Positions 39,701-48,890 of a stretch of 64,000 nucleotides of DNA are shown here, in pieces. The stretch's first letter is position 1, and each line of letters begins with the position of its first letter. The DNA comes from Rubripirellula sp. (GTDB lineage Bacteria; Planctomycetota; Planctomycetia; Pirellulales; Pirellulaceae): positions 1,376,001 through 1,440,000 of the forward strand of contig OZ244207.1 of assembly GCA_965216875.1 (NCBI GenBank), read 5' to 3'. Made by a program: the position numbers and the translations under genes. The notes below the pieces were generated by a model, which worked only from the letters and a program-made list of their open reading frames with translations, did no database searches and was not told the origin of the DNA.

Positions 39701-40955
39701 CAAAATTCAGGTGCCCCCAACCTCCTGACGATTCGTCAACGAGCCGCACAAACACCTCTTTGCCTACATGATCGCTCAGGTCGACGATGACCCGGCGCAT
39801 TTGTTCGCGGCGGTCGCCAACCGCCGTGCCGATCACCTTCTCTGCGCCCGACGCGTCAACCGTTAAGACATCGACGCGGGTCGATGGTTGATTCCCTCCC
39901 GCGATCAAAAAGCTTGCGAAGGGATGCTGCAACTTGAATTTGGCGGAAGTCAGTGTGCCCTGCGCCTGGTCGCTCTTTGAAATTTCATAGCCACCGATGA
40001 AGAATCGGCCTTGCTTGCCGCTCTCTTGGCCACGCCAGCGGCTCGCGATCGTATCACTCTCTACCGGCTGGCCTTGAAAGGCCTTGCCCGTTGGCGTCCA
40101 GCCCGAGAGGTCACCCTTTTCGAACCCAAAGTTGATTTCGTTGCCCTGGCTGTCTTGCGGGAAAACGCCGATCGCTGAAGTGGTTTGCTCGGGCTCCTGC
40201 TCCTCGCGGAATGAAAGCTGTTTCAGTCGAGTGTCATCGGCACCGAGGGGTTCAATCGTGATGTTGCGAAAGGCGACACGCGTTTCGGGGCCACTGTGCA
40301 GCTGAAAGGCGAGCGCCCCTTCCGCGTCGGCTTGTCCCGTTTGCCGGTCGTCAAGTTCAGCGAAGAGTGTGCCATTAACAAAGACAGAAACTCGCGAGCC
40401 GACGGCGACGATCCGATAGTCGTTCCATTCGTTTTCGCGAAAGATTGCCGCGAAGGCTTGGGGCTTTGCGTAAGCTTCCGCTGAGCGTTTGCCCGCGGCG
40501 TCGATCTTGACTCGGCTACCGCGCTCGACCAGGAGGGCTCGTCCATGTTCGTCATAGATTCGCCCAAGCCAAACGGCACCCATGTCGAGGTCGGCTTGGT
40601 AACCGGAAACATGGCGCGGGTTGTCGGCTTGGCAACGAAACTGAATGCCTGAGTTTGCCGCTGCGGCACCTTCAAGCTTGCACTGAAGTCGCAAGTCAAA
40701 GTCGCGCAGCGTCTCGCCGCGCCAGATCATCCAACTGTTGTGGTCGAGCCGCTCGCCCTTGGGAATTTCACCAACGATCGAGCCCTCTTCGACACGCCAA
40801 AGATCCGCTTCGTATTCCCAGCCCTCAAGTGATTTCCCATCGAACGGTTCGGTCGCGTGGGCGTGTTGCGTGACCGCCTGAGCATCTGAGATGCCAACAA
40901 AACAGTAAGCCAGAACGACAAAGACGAAGGAACGGCACACGATAGCGGCTCGCAA
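36708..40955 (-). CDS. PVC-type heme-binding membrane-bound dehydrogenase-like protein with N-terminal DUF1080 domain
   Basis: DUF1080 (NSGIQFR, GYQAD, WNDYRI, FQLHSG), a beta-propeller (LPEGFSV, WGPDGWLY), HEAT-like repeats and C-terminal CANCH. Confidence 0.9.
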   Translation of the reverse strand: MRAAIVCRSFVFVVLAYCFVGISDAQAVTQHAHATEPFDGKSLEGWEYEADLWRVEEGSIVGEIPKGERLDHNSWMIWRGETLRDFDLRLQCKLEGAAAANSGIQFRCQADNPRHVSGYQADLDMGAVWLGRIYDEHGRALLVERGSRVKIDAAGKRSAEAYAKPQAFAAIFRENEWNDYRIVAVGSRVSVFVNGTLFAELDDRQTGQADAEGALAFQLHSGPETRVAFRNITIEPLGADDTRLKQLSFREEQEPEQTTSAIGVFPQDSQGNEINFGFEKGDLSGWTPTGKAFQGQPVESDTIASRWRGQESGKQGRFFIGGYEISKSDQAQGTLTSAKFKLQHPFASFLIAGGNQPSTRVDVLTVDASGAEKVIGTAVGDRREQMRRVIVDLSDHVGKEVFVRLVDESSGGWGHLNFDDFRVHKTRPRFPGAEADDPTHHPLLHTLKENKAVADESAASETLRRMHLPEGFSVDTIAAEPDVFQPMAFCFDPKGRLWVVEGHCYPTKRPVGEGIDRILIFADKDGDGSFESRKVFAEGLNLVSGLQVGHGGVWVGAAPDLLFIPDRNRDDVPDSDPVVLLDGFGYADTHETLNSFIWGPDGWLYGNQGVFNRSNVGKPGAVDSNRTEFAAGVWRYHPTKHVFEVFAHGGSNQWGLDFDDRGQCFMTHCRSHFGGGPTTHVLRGGHYWNQTNSNYARFISSRPIAGIASMKNYLLASARYGHGEGGAGKRGSRALYGGHSHVGTMIYLGDNWPSSLRDHLFTHNLHGHRINHQVNVRAGGGYNTVHSGVDVFYCSDPSYIGVDLQYGPDGAVYVSDWYDTRHCHSPHTEQWQRGNGRLYRIQYDGYSPSTVDYWNASTQELVDAHLHTNDWHVRTARLVLAERASTGADLHEVIDQLSKLAIEHDDETRRLRAMWTLHAIGAMGDNLASRLASDSSEYVRGWLVQLLSNDEPSLNANRLITQIARDEKSLFVQTCLASAIPHLPQESAWMVTETLAASPTIEEDRNLPKLLWHSLAQLLESDLERGLRLSEKTPIPSLRHNLLWYAAQVSDRGRQRLVARIDAAKGTKRNQLAQLLADAVANQRGIQPPENWSTIAASLYADATTRAAAETIGASFGDARLMDRMRAVLGNRESTIKQKQHALSVLANDRDQANVAALLPLIDDPNLQVQAIRQLKNYQADEIGSAIVDRLPNFSQPASDAAMETLCSRALWSLQLLDALADDAADESKLTGYYARQMASLGDDDVDARLATQWGEIGQTNAQAKAAIAELVGKYQSAPLWAYNRNAGAAHFKKLCANCHAPTEAANRIGPKLEGSGAKGIEYIVENIIDPNAVIGKDFQARNILTFDGLVVTGVILSENESAMTIRTATATETIAKEEIDRVMVSKNSFMPEELLKQLSDRERIELLMYLMSLK

Positions 40956-41090
40956 GTGGGATAGATCGATGGGTGAAGTAGACCAAGGCGGGAGCTACCA
41001 TTCTGACGTCCAATCCCAACCAAACCCATGATATTCTGCGCCATCCCCTTGAGATATTTTCCCTCTCCTTCGGTCGCATCTGGGATAGTG

Positions 41091-41133
41091 GGCAAGAAAG
41101 TGAGGCAAAAAAATGGAGGGCAAAAAGATGGGG
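41091..41133 (+). repeat. tandem GGCAAAAARATG-like units, left flank of GxxExxY gene
   Basis: Units GGCAAGAAAGTGA, GGCAAAAAAATGGAG and GGCAAAAAGATGGGG, inverted relative to 42067-42096. Confidence 0.6.
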
Positions 41134-41240
41134 AAGTGAAGCACCAGGCAAAGCAAACGTGTCGTTTGAGGGCAAGTGCAGGCGGCCGCGTTGTTCTCCG
41201 TTCGCCATTGTGTTTTTGAACTGCGCAAGTGGGGTATGAA

Positions 41241-42038
41241 ATGCCAGTTGAAACTAGCGTTCCAGTACGAGAATTCTCCCAACTCGAGTTTGGTTCAGTG
41301 GCTTACGAGGTGGTGGCGCATGCGTTCGACGTACACCGCCGTTACGGGAGCATGTTCGATGAAGCTGTCTACAGGAAAGGACTTTTGCATTTGCTTGATG
41401 GACGCGCGATTGGCGAGGTTAGGGTCGAGCTGTCACACCGAGACTTTAGGAAGGACTACTTCTTGGATCTGTTGGTAGATTCGGGTTGCCCTTTCGAATT
41501 GAAGGTCGCAGAGCGCATTCATGCAACACACCGCAAGCAACTGATTCAGTACTTGATGCTCACAGATCTGCGCCACGGGAAGCTGATCAATTTTGGAGCG
41601 GGTCGAGTGGAACATGAGTTTGTCAACTGCCACATGACCCTTGAAGATCGTAGGCGGTTCACCGTTGAAAGAGATTCTCATCTCTGCTCCCCGTCTACTC
41701 CATTCGATTCGTTTCAACAATCCTTGCTTGAGCTACTGCGGGATTGGGGAACAGGTTTGGAGCGTTGTCTGTATTTGGAAGCAATGACCTTCTTCCTAGG
41801 AGGAAGAGATTCTGTGCGTCATAAGGTTGCGACGCTTTGGCATGATAAGACGATTGGTGAACAAACGGCAAACTTGCTGGCCCCTGGTGTTGCATTCGAA
41901 ATCAGCTGTTTGCAGAAGGGAGTTGACTGCTACGAAAAGGGGTTGCGTCAGTTCCTGTCGAGTACGACCCTTGACCAAATCCTTTGGGCGAACGTTGTAC
42001 CTGGGAACGTGCGCTTTCGGCTTTTGCATCCCCATTGA
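41241..42038 (+). CDS. GxxExxY protein (PD-(D/E)XK-like), two tandem domains
   Basis: First domain YGSMFDEAVY...DLLVD...ELK...QLIQYL...LINF; second, degenerate domain WGTGLERCLY. Confidence 0.85.
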   Translation: MPVETSVPVREFSQLEFGSVAYEVVAHAFDVHRRYGSMFDEAVYRKGLLHLLDGRAIGEVRVELSHRDFRKDYFLDLLVDSGCPFELKVAERIHATHRKQLIQYLMLTDLRHGKLINFGAGRVEHEFVNCHMTLEDRRRFTVERDSHLCSPSTPFDSFQQSLLELLRDWGTGLERCLYLEAMTFFLGGRDSVRHKVATLWHDKTIGEQTANLLAPGVAFEISCLQKGVDCYEKGLRQFLSSTTLDQILWANVVPGNVRFRLLHPH

Positions 42039-42066
42039 TTACCATTCGCTATGTTCAGCATCGTGG

Positions 42067-42096
42067 ATTTCTTTTTCTGCCAATCATTTTTCTGCC
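42067..42096 (-). repeat. tandem 15-nt units, right flank of GxxExxY gene
   Basis: Reverse complement reads GGCAGAAAAATGATT GGCAGAAAAAGAAAT. Confidence 0.6.
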
Positions 42097-42242
42097 TTTT
42101 CTTTCTTTTGCTTCCCTCAAAACGCGTGCATAGGCCTACGGGCCGCGTGATCGCCATGTGAATCTGGGAGCAGAATGAAACGAGCGTCCTAAAAGTCGGC
42201 TCAAGACAGGCAATAAGCAGTCCAATCAAGACATGGGAGCTT

Positions 42243-42812
42243 TCACTTGCGATCGATGATTGCTTTGATCATGCCGTGGTTCTCCATGCATTCGACCACG
42301 GCTGGTGGCACATCGGCTTTCCAAGCGTCGACACCGCGACGAATCTTGTCGCGAATGGATGACGCGGTCAGCGACTTATCGAAATCTTCGAGCAGGACCT
42401 CTACGGTGTATCCAAGTTCACGAAGCAGATTCACTTTCTTTTCATTCCACGGTTCGCGGACCGTGGTCAGGATCGGGATCTCGGTCGGAAGAAACTCGCC
42501 AAGGAGTTGTGGACGCTCGATCGGAAAGGGGGAAACGGAGACTCGCTGCAAATCAACGCCGTCCCCCTGGAACGCTGCCCGAACCATCATGGCACGTTGG
42601 TAGAACGAAAGCGGGTTGTTCTCGGGCCGTGTCCGATGGTCTGAGGTGGGACTTTGAGTGCTGGTTGGCTCTATTGTCAGTGGAGCGACGCCCGTGATTC
42701 CGACAATCAAGTGATCGCATCGAGCCAGCGCGCTGCGAAGGTAGTCCAAGTGTTCGTGGTGAAAGACTTGGAATCGACCATGTGCTGATGCGATCGCGTG
42801 TGGTTTCGTCAT
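42243..42812 (-). CDS. nicotinamide-nucleotide adenylyltransferase-like (cytidylyltransferase superfamily)
   Basis: Motifs GRFQVFHHEH, LIVGIT, NNPLSFYQR, TASSIRDKI...W...VP. Confidence 0.8.
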   Translation of the reverse strand: MTKPHAIASAHGRFQVFHHEHLDYLRSALARCDHLIVGITGVAPLTIEPTSTQSPTSDHRTRPENNPLSFYQRAMMVRAAFQGDGVDLQRVSVSPFPIERPQLLGEFLPTEIPILTTVREPWNEKKVNLLRELGYTVEVLLEDFDKSLTASSIRDKIRRGVDAWKADVPPAVVECMENHGMIKAIIDRK

Positions 42813-42844
42813 CCTTGAATTCACCGTTATTGATCGAGCACCGA

Positions 42845-43279
42845 TTACGCGCCAGCTCCAGCAGCCCCGCCGCCAGCTCCACCATCAGCCCCGCCGCCGC
42901 CACCATCACCCGGTGGTCCCGGATGCACGCGGTCGCGCGAACCGAGCAGGTAGCCGGCGATTGTACCAAGCAGTCCGATCACGGGCGTGATCTGCTCTTG
43001 GCTGTACCCTGTGACGACCAGAAAGATCGCAGAGACGACAATCAGTGGAACGCAGAATGCCCGCAACACACCGCGCGGGTCACAGTCTTTGTAGATCAGG
43101 TAGGCCATGATCCCGATGATGGCTAGGCCGAAAAGTAAGATCGAAAGGCTCAACCAAATCACTAACCCGCTCGTCCAGCCGCTGGCCGGTGGTGTCGTGG
43201 CTGCGGCATCGATCGATTGCTGGACGGCTTGGGCAGAAGCGTCGAGTTGCGCTTGCATTTCTCGGAGGTCGTCGTTCAC
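42845..43279 (-). CDS. hypothetical membrane protein (about 3 TM) with Gly-rich tail
   Basis: The GTG start overlaps the upstream TGA. Hydrophobic segments end in GLLGTIAGYLLG. Confidence 0.7.
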   Translation of the reverse strand: MNDDLREMQAQLDASAQAVQQSIDAAATTPPASGWTSGLVIWLSLSILLFGLAIIGIMAYLIYKDCDPRGVLRAFCVPLIVVSAIFLVVTGYSQEQITPVIGLLGTIAGYLLGSRDRVHPGPPGDGGGGGADGGAGGGAAGAGA

Positions 43280-43848
43280 TTTTTCGTACCATTTTCGAGC
43301 TGTTTTTCGAGCGCTTTGATGTATGCGTTCTGCATCACGATGTGTTTCTGGAGTTGCGTGACGAGTTTGCGAAGTTGTTGGACTTCGCCAGTCCCGCCGC
43401 CAATGACACCTGGCGTCACAGCGGGGCCGTGTTCGGGCACGACGCCCTGCAAGCCAGGCGAGATCCCGCCCATTCCGTAGTTTGGCGGGATCCAAATGTG
43501 GTACTGCGGTTGGTCGATGCCGTACAAACCTTTGCCATAGGAGGCTTTCGGTTGGACCACCTTTTGTTCCGTTCGAAAGGTACCATCGCTTGGTCCGGTC
43601 AGGATGATCGAATCCCAACCGTTTTTGTCAGCCCATTTTTCAATCAGCTGCAAGCGATCCGCGTTCGGGAGCAGCTGGTTGGTGTCCTCATCGCCAGCTT
43701 CCGCGATGACAACGGCGGGCTTCTGATTTCCCCGCGTTGAATGGTCGTCCTGCTGCGGTAACTCCGCAGCGAAGGACGCCACGACGAAGACAACAAGGTT
43801 GATGTTCGCAAAGAGAGATGCGCGCATGCACAGAGAAAAGGGTTTCAT
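43276..43848 (-). CDS. hypothetical exported protein with C-terminal coiled coil
   Basis: Hydrophobic N-terminus and heptad-like C-terminus, coupled to the downstream gene. Confidence 0.65.
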   Translation of the reverse strand: MKPFSLCMRASLFANINLVVFVVASFAAELPQQDDHSTRGNQKPAVVIAEAGDEDTNQLLPNADRLQLIEKWADKNGWDSIILTGPSDGTFRTEQKVVQPKASYGKGLYGIDQPQYHIWIPPNYGMGGISPGLQGVVPEHGPAVTPGVIGGGTGEVQQLRKLVTQLQKHIVMQNAYIKALEKQLENGTKK

Positions 43849-44071
43849 TCTTCAAGCCTCCGACGAAAGTGCACCCAATCTGGCCGAATGAACGATGCGT
43901 GTGGACCCTATTCTAAGTCGGCTGCGCAAAGAAGCTTAGCAGCGATTTTTTGAAGAACGCGATTTCTTGAAGGATTCCCAACAGGGGCATGAGCAGATGT
44001 CCAGCTCCACCTGATGTCGTTGGGCAGCAAGGGTCTTGTGGCAGAAGAGCTTCGACATCGAGCTGGCGAAG

Positions 44072-44863
44072 CTAGTCAGCCTGCTTGTGAAGTCCGGGTG
44101 GGCCTTCGAGCAGTTGTTCGAGATTGGTAGCCAGGTCGACAAGCGATTCCCAATTTGTCGCGACGATGTCTTGCGCGTGGGCAAGGTCATTGCGAAGTCG
44201 CTGCATCTTCTTGGCGGCAATCATCACTTGTCGCTGCGTATCGATACGAGTGTTCGCGCGCAGCGTCGGTTCTTTGGCAACGATTTGAGCTTTGTCGCCG
44301 AACTGTAAGCAATCGACCAATCCGAGGTCTTGGTTTCGCCTCGCCCGCTCGGCCAACAATGATTCCGCTTTTTCGAGTCGAGCGGCCGATAGGTGCTGGC
44401 GCCAATCGATTTGCGATTCTTCGATCATGCGGGTCATACGCATCTCAACCAGCGTGACCATACCAAATAGCCACATGCGAACGGCCGGTTTCTGTAGATC
44501 GCTGCGCGTGACAATGCCGCCGATCGCGCCAAAGACCGACACGAAAAGACGCGGTGACTCGTTCAGGCCCAGCACAACGTCAGCGAGTGGCGCGGTGTCA
44601 AAGATCACCTGTTCGTCAACGAATGGAAGGCGGTGATCTTCGCAAACGCCCGAGTTGAGATCATCGCGTTGGACGTAGCCAACGACCCGACCGCCACTGG
44701 TGACGCCAACAACGTCGAGGTGCCTCTCGGCCATGAAGTCGCGGACTTCGATGGCGTCGACAGAGCCCTCAATCGAAAGCAGAGCTTCGGTGATGTCGTG
44801 GGCAGAAAAGTTCTGCTGGAAAATCCGCTGCAAACTCTGCAGCGTTGATTGGGTTGATGGCAT
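44072..44863 (-). CDS. CBS-pair protein fused to a Swt1/HEPN-like domain
   Basis: CBS-like motifs VVGYVQRDDL and GGIVTRSDL. The C-terminal helical domain has LVE...LQFGDK...LRNDLAH (Rx4H). Confidence 0.7.
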   Translation of the reverse strand: MPSTQSTLQSLQRIFQQNFSAHDITEALLSIEGSVDAIEVRDFMAERHLDVVGVTSGGRVVGYVQRDDLNSGVCEDHRLPFVDEQVIFDTAPLADVVLGLNESPRLFVSVFGAIGGIVTRSDLQKPAVRMWLFGMVTLVEMRMTRMIEESQIDWRQHLSAARLEKAESLLAERARRNQDLGLVDCLQFGDKAQIVAKEPTLRANTRIDTQRQVMIAAKKMQRLRNDLAHAQDIVATNWESLVDLATNLEQLLEGPPGLHKQAD

Positions 44864-44927
44864 CGGTTGCTTTTACTCGGCTGATCTGATTGCGAGTTGC
44901 CTGATTTCCTTGCGAGTTGCCTGGGGT

Positions 44928-46595
44928 CTATTGCGAGTCTGCTTCAGCTGCGACGCGACGGCTTAGCTCGTTCTTGCGAGCTTCTTCGAACTCATCGCCT
45001 GCATTCCAGCTTGGCATTTCGTTTCCGTTTGCAACCATCAGCCCAACGTTGAACAGGAGTTGGAAGTCTTCGACCGCGCCCGAGAGATCCCAATCTTCAC
45101 GGTACTCGTCGCTGGGTTGGTGATAAATGTTCTGTACCCAATCGTTGAGTTTCGCTTTGCCATAGCCTTCGGGTTTGCCAATCACATCGACGCCACTGTG
45201 CAGGTAGACGCCGGGCACGCCGACTTTGGCGAGACTGAATTGATCGCTGCGGTAGTAGTAGCCGCGATCCGGGAAATGATCAGGGGTGACGATTCGTTTT
45301 TGCGATTTCGCAACTTTCGCGACAAGGTTGTCGAGGTTCGACTTGCCGTGGCCGATCACGTTCACGTCACGGGTGCGGCCGATGATATTGGCGCCGTCCA
45401 TGTTGATGACGGCTGCCATGTAACCAGGCAACAAGGGTGGGTGTTGTGCAAAGTACTTGGATCCGAGCAATCCTTGTTCTTCAGCGCCGACGGCTGCAAA
45501 CAAGATCGATCGCCGCGGACCTTCGGGCAGATTGGCAAAGGCTTTGACCATCGCGAGCAAGCCAGCGGTTCCGGCAGCATTGTCGACCGCTCCGTTGTAG
45601 ATGTTGTCACCACGTTCATCGCGTTGGGCCGAGAGGCCAAGATGGTCATGGTGTGCCATGAAGACAACGACCTCATCTTTGAGAGCGGGGTCGGAACCTT
45701 CGAGATAGGCGAGCACGTTGGCCGTGTCTTTTTCGCGGACTCTTGCGGTCAGGTTGAGTGAGAGTGTTGTTCCGAGCGAAACCGGAACAAAGTCGCGGCT
45801 CTCCGCGGCGGCGCGAAGTTGATCGAGATCGCGACTACCAAGTGAAACGAGCCGCTTGGCACCCTCTTCGGTCGTCCAGGACTTGAGCGCCATCTTCGGG
45901 CCTGTGCCGCCGCGAAGCTCAAACTCTTCGCCACTCCAAGACGTCTGCACGACCTGCCACGGATAGCCGGCCGAGGGAGTCGTGTGAATGATGATCGCGC
46001 CAACGGCGCCTTGCCGCGCAGCCGATTCGTATTTGTAGTCCCATCTTCCGTAGTAGAGCCGACGATTGCCTTCGAAGAGATCATGATCGCCTGAGGGATC
46101 ATTGTTCATGATCAACAGCACCTTCCCGGCGAGGTCGACATCCTTGAAATCGTCCCAGTCATATTCTGGAGCTTGGATGCCGTAGCCGACAAAGACAACT
46201 TCGGCATCACGTATCGCGACACGCTCGGTCGCGTGCCCACAGGTCGCAACAAAGTCGTCCAGCGGACGCAGACGCAGCGATTGCTCGCCATTGATGAATT
46301 CGACGTACTCGGGTTGGCGAGTATGAACGCCAACCAGCGGGACCGGTTGTAGCCAATCACCATTGGGTGCCGCGGGCGTCAGACCCATGGATTGGAAATA
46401 CGTCGACAAATAGAGCTGCGTTTGTTGATCGCCGCGTGAACCGGGACCGCGACCTTCAAGGAGATCGTCGGCGAGGTAGCGGATATGGCCTCGAAGCGTT
46501 GCTTGATCGATGCGTTCTTGTTGGCTCCACGCATTCTTTGCGGCAACCAAAGCAACCAGACATGTTGCGAGGACGAGGTGAAAACGAACGTACAT
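44928..46595 (-). CDS. M28-family metallopeptidase with PA domain
   Basis: Motifs LEGRGPG, AHHDHLG, NGAVDNAAG, AEEQGLLGS, RSDQ, YHQPSD. Confidence 0.93.
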   Translation of the reverse strand: MYVRFHLVLATCLVALVAAKNAWSQQERIDQATLRGHIRYLADDLLEGRGPGSRGDQQTQLYLSTYFQSMGLTPAAPNGDWLQPVPLVGVHTRQPEYVEFINGEQSLRLRPLDDFVATCGHATERVAIRDAEVVFVGYGIQAPEYDWDDFKDVDLAGKVLLIMNNDPSGDHDLFEGNRRLYYGRWDYKYESAARQGAVGAIIIHTTPSAGYPWQVVQTSWSGEEFELRGGTGPKMALKSWTTEEGAKRLVSLGSRDLDQLRAAAESRDFVPVSLGTTLSLNLTARVREKDTANVLAYLEGSDPALKDEVVVFMAHHDHLGLSAQRDERGDNIYNGAVDNAAGTAGLLAMVKAFANLPEGPRRSILFAAVGAEEQGLLGSKYFAQHPPLLPGYMAAVINMDGANIIGRTRDVNVIGHGKSNLDNLVAKVAKSQKRIVTPDHFPDRGYYYRSDQFSLAKVGVPGVYLHSGVDVIGKPEGYGKAKLNDWVQNIYHQPSDEYREDWDLSGAVEDFQLLFNVGLMVANGNEMPSWNAGDEFEEARKNELSRRVAAEADSQ

Positions 46596-46895
46596 TGGAT
46601 GGGAACTCTTCCGGTTGGATGCGTCTAGACTTTGGTTCGCTTGCGATGGCGGTTGACTGATGGTGGTTGACTACCGGGGCATAGTTTACAGCCGATTCGC
46701 TCTCGCCGCGTTGGCCTTCACGGTCCGTACAGCGTTGCTCCGCAATCGGTGGCTTGTTTCGCAGAGCGATCGGATTTTAGCGAAACGTGTTCGTCCTACT
46801 TGCGTTCACCGTTGATTCCAGTGAAACTCAGATGGAACAGCAGTTCTGTTTTCCTGCCTATATTCCTTTCCTACCTCCTACAAACAGGCAATGTG

Positions 46896-47078
46896 ATGTC
46901 GCGCGTGGTCTACTCGTTCTTGTTTGCGTTTTGCGTTTCTCTCTTTTCTTTCTCAACCGTCGGCTGTGGTGCCAAAAACGAAGTGATCGTTGACACTCGG
47001 CCCGAAGCTGAATTGCAGAAAGAGGAAGAGGAATACGAAAAGATGATGTCCGAATCTGGGGATGACGTATCGCAGTAG
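46896..47078 (+). CDS. small lipoprotein (60 aa)
   Basis: MSRVVYSFLFAF...STVGC lipobox followed by an acidic tail. Confidence 0.7.
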   Translation: MSRVVYSFLFAFCVSLFSFSTVGCGAKNEVIVDTRPEAELQKEEEEYEKMMSESGDDVSQ

Positions 47079-47120
47079 TCTGCCATCACAGTTGGTTTCG
47101 AAAGCGCACGGCGTTTCACG

Positions 47121-48890
47121 ATGGCTCGACGCAAGGTTCAGTCGCACACTACCCGTCAAACGCCCACAACCAGCGCAGTTGATGCTGCGGATGGGGCGGC
47201 GAAAAGTCGTCTTACCTTTCCGAATCTGTTAGCGAGCATTTGCGTGCTCGCTTTTTTTCTGCGATTCCTGCACGTTTTGCAGACGATTGAAGTTCCCACT
47301 GTCGTTGCATTGCTTGGAGACGCCCGGGGGTACTTTGACTGGGCAGAGAAGATCAGCGAGGGCGATTGGTATGGGACCGACACCTTCTATCAGGCCCCAC
47401 TTTACCCCTACTTTCTAGCCGTTCTGATGACGATCTTCGGACCCAGTGTCACGTTGATCCGGTTCGTTCAGATGGCACTTGGTGTTGCGGGTGTCGCGCT
47501 GATCGGCCTTACCGGTCGCAAACTCTTTTCCGATCGCGTTGGGTTGGTTTCCGCGTTCATGCTGGCCACCTATCCGCCCGCCATCTTTTACGATGGGATC
47601 ATCCAGAAAGCGGCTCTGGCCACTTTCTTGCTGTGTCTACTGACCACGGCATGCGCCTATCTGCAGAGTGAGAAGCTTCGGCGGTATGCACTGTTAACCG
47701 GTGTGTCGCTTGGACTCCTCGTACTCGCGCGCGAGAACGCCTTGCTTTGGACACCCGTCATCCCGCTCTGGATCCTGCTGGGGATTCATGACAGCTTGCG
47801 AAAGCGATTGGCGCTGGTCGGATGCTACTTCGGTGGTGTTGCTTTGATTTTGATGCCCGTCGCTGCGCGAAATGCCTCCCTGGGAGGGGAATGGTCGCCG
47901 ACGACATTCCAGGCTGGCCCCAATTTCTACATCGGCAACAACCTACTGGCCAACGGGATCTACGTGCCTTTGGTTCCTGGTCGCGGAACGCCAATGTACG
48001 AGCGAGCCGACGCCGAACGACTGGCTGAGCATGCCGTCGGCCATGAGCTGTCGGCTCGCGAAGTCTCCAAGTATTGGATGTCGCGAGCTTGGGAAGAAAT
48101 TGGCCAGTCACCGGGACGCTGGGTACAGCTCATGGTTGCGAAGACTTTCATGGTCTTTAATCGCTATGAAGTACCTGACGTCGAGAATTTGTACATCTTT
48201 CGGGAAAGTTCCGTTCCCCTGATGCTGAGTCGCGTTTGGCATTTTGGCACGCTTTGCCCATTGGCAATCTGGGGCGTGATGGCAACTTGGGGCGACAGGC
48301 GGCGGTTGTGGTTGTTCTATGTACTGTTGCTAACGATGATCGCCGCGGTGGTTCTGTTTTTCATTTTGGGGCGTTATCGCAATCCGGTAGCGATTCTGTT
48401 GATTCCGTTTGCTGCCGCAGGTTTGGTCGATCTGATCGGACGGGTAAGAGAACGAACCGGACGGTCGTTGTGGATCGCAGGCACGGTTCTGTTGCTGGCA
48501 GCAATCCTTTGCAACATTCGTGTTCACGAAGAACAGTCCCTTCAAGCAAGCTGCTACATGAACACAGGGATTGCGGCGTGTAAGGCAGGCAACCTTCCCG
48601 CTGGAATCCAACTCTTGGAAAAGGCAGTCGCCGAATTCCCCGAAATGGCCGAAGGCTATGTCAATCTTGGGCGAGCGCGCATGTTGAATCAACAACCGGC
48701 GCGCGCTATGAGAAATTTTCAGATCGCCTTGGCTCTCGATCCAAGACTCATGGGTGTGCGCTCTCAGCTTGCAGAGGCGCTTGAGTATTTGGGTGATCAG
48801 CAACAAGCGATCTTGATGTACGAGCAAGAGCTCGAAATCAATCCATCGGATAGACGCGCCTTGAATGCGCTAAGCCGAATGCGCTCGTGA
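47121..48890 (+). CDS. GT39/ArnT-PMT-like (GT-C) membrane glycosyltransferase with C-terminal TPR repeats
   Basis: First loop GDARGYFDWA...FYQAPLYPYFL, multiple TM segments, NFYIGNN and a TPR tail. Confidence 0.85.
   Translation: MARRKVQSHTTRQTPTTSAVDAADGAAKSRLTFPNLLASICVLAFFLRFLHVLQTIEVPTVVALLGDARGYFDWAEKISEGDWYGTDTFYQAPLYPYFLAVLMTIFGPSVTLIRFVQMALGVAGVALIGLTGRKLFSDRVGLVSAFMLATYPPAIFYDGIIQKAALATFLLCLLTTACAYLQSEKLRRYALLTGVSLGLLVLARENALLWTPVIPLWILLGIHDSLRKRLALVGCYFGGVALILMPVAARNASLGGEWSPTTFQAGPNFYIGNNLLANGIYVPLVPGRGTPMYERADAERLAEHAVGHELSAREVSKYWMSRAWEEIGQSPGRWVQLMVAKTFMVFNRYEVPDVENLYIFRESSVPLMLSRVWHFGTLCPLAIWGVMATWGDRRRLWLFYVLLLTMIAAVVLFFILGRYRNPVAILLIPFAAAGLVDLIGRVRERTGRSLWIAGTVLLLAAILCNIRVHEEQSLQASCYMNTGIAACKAGNLPAGIQLLEKAVAEFPEMAEGYVNLGRARMLNQQPARAMRNFQIALALDPRLMGVRSQLAEALEYLGDQQQAILMYEQELEINPSDRRALNALSRMRS

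Noticed and set aside
43280..43618. N-terminal extension of the 257-aa ORF 42845-43618
   Set aside because: It overlaps the upstream CDS in another frame. The GTGA coupling at 43276-43279 gives a better start.
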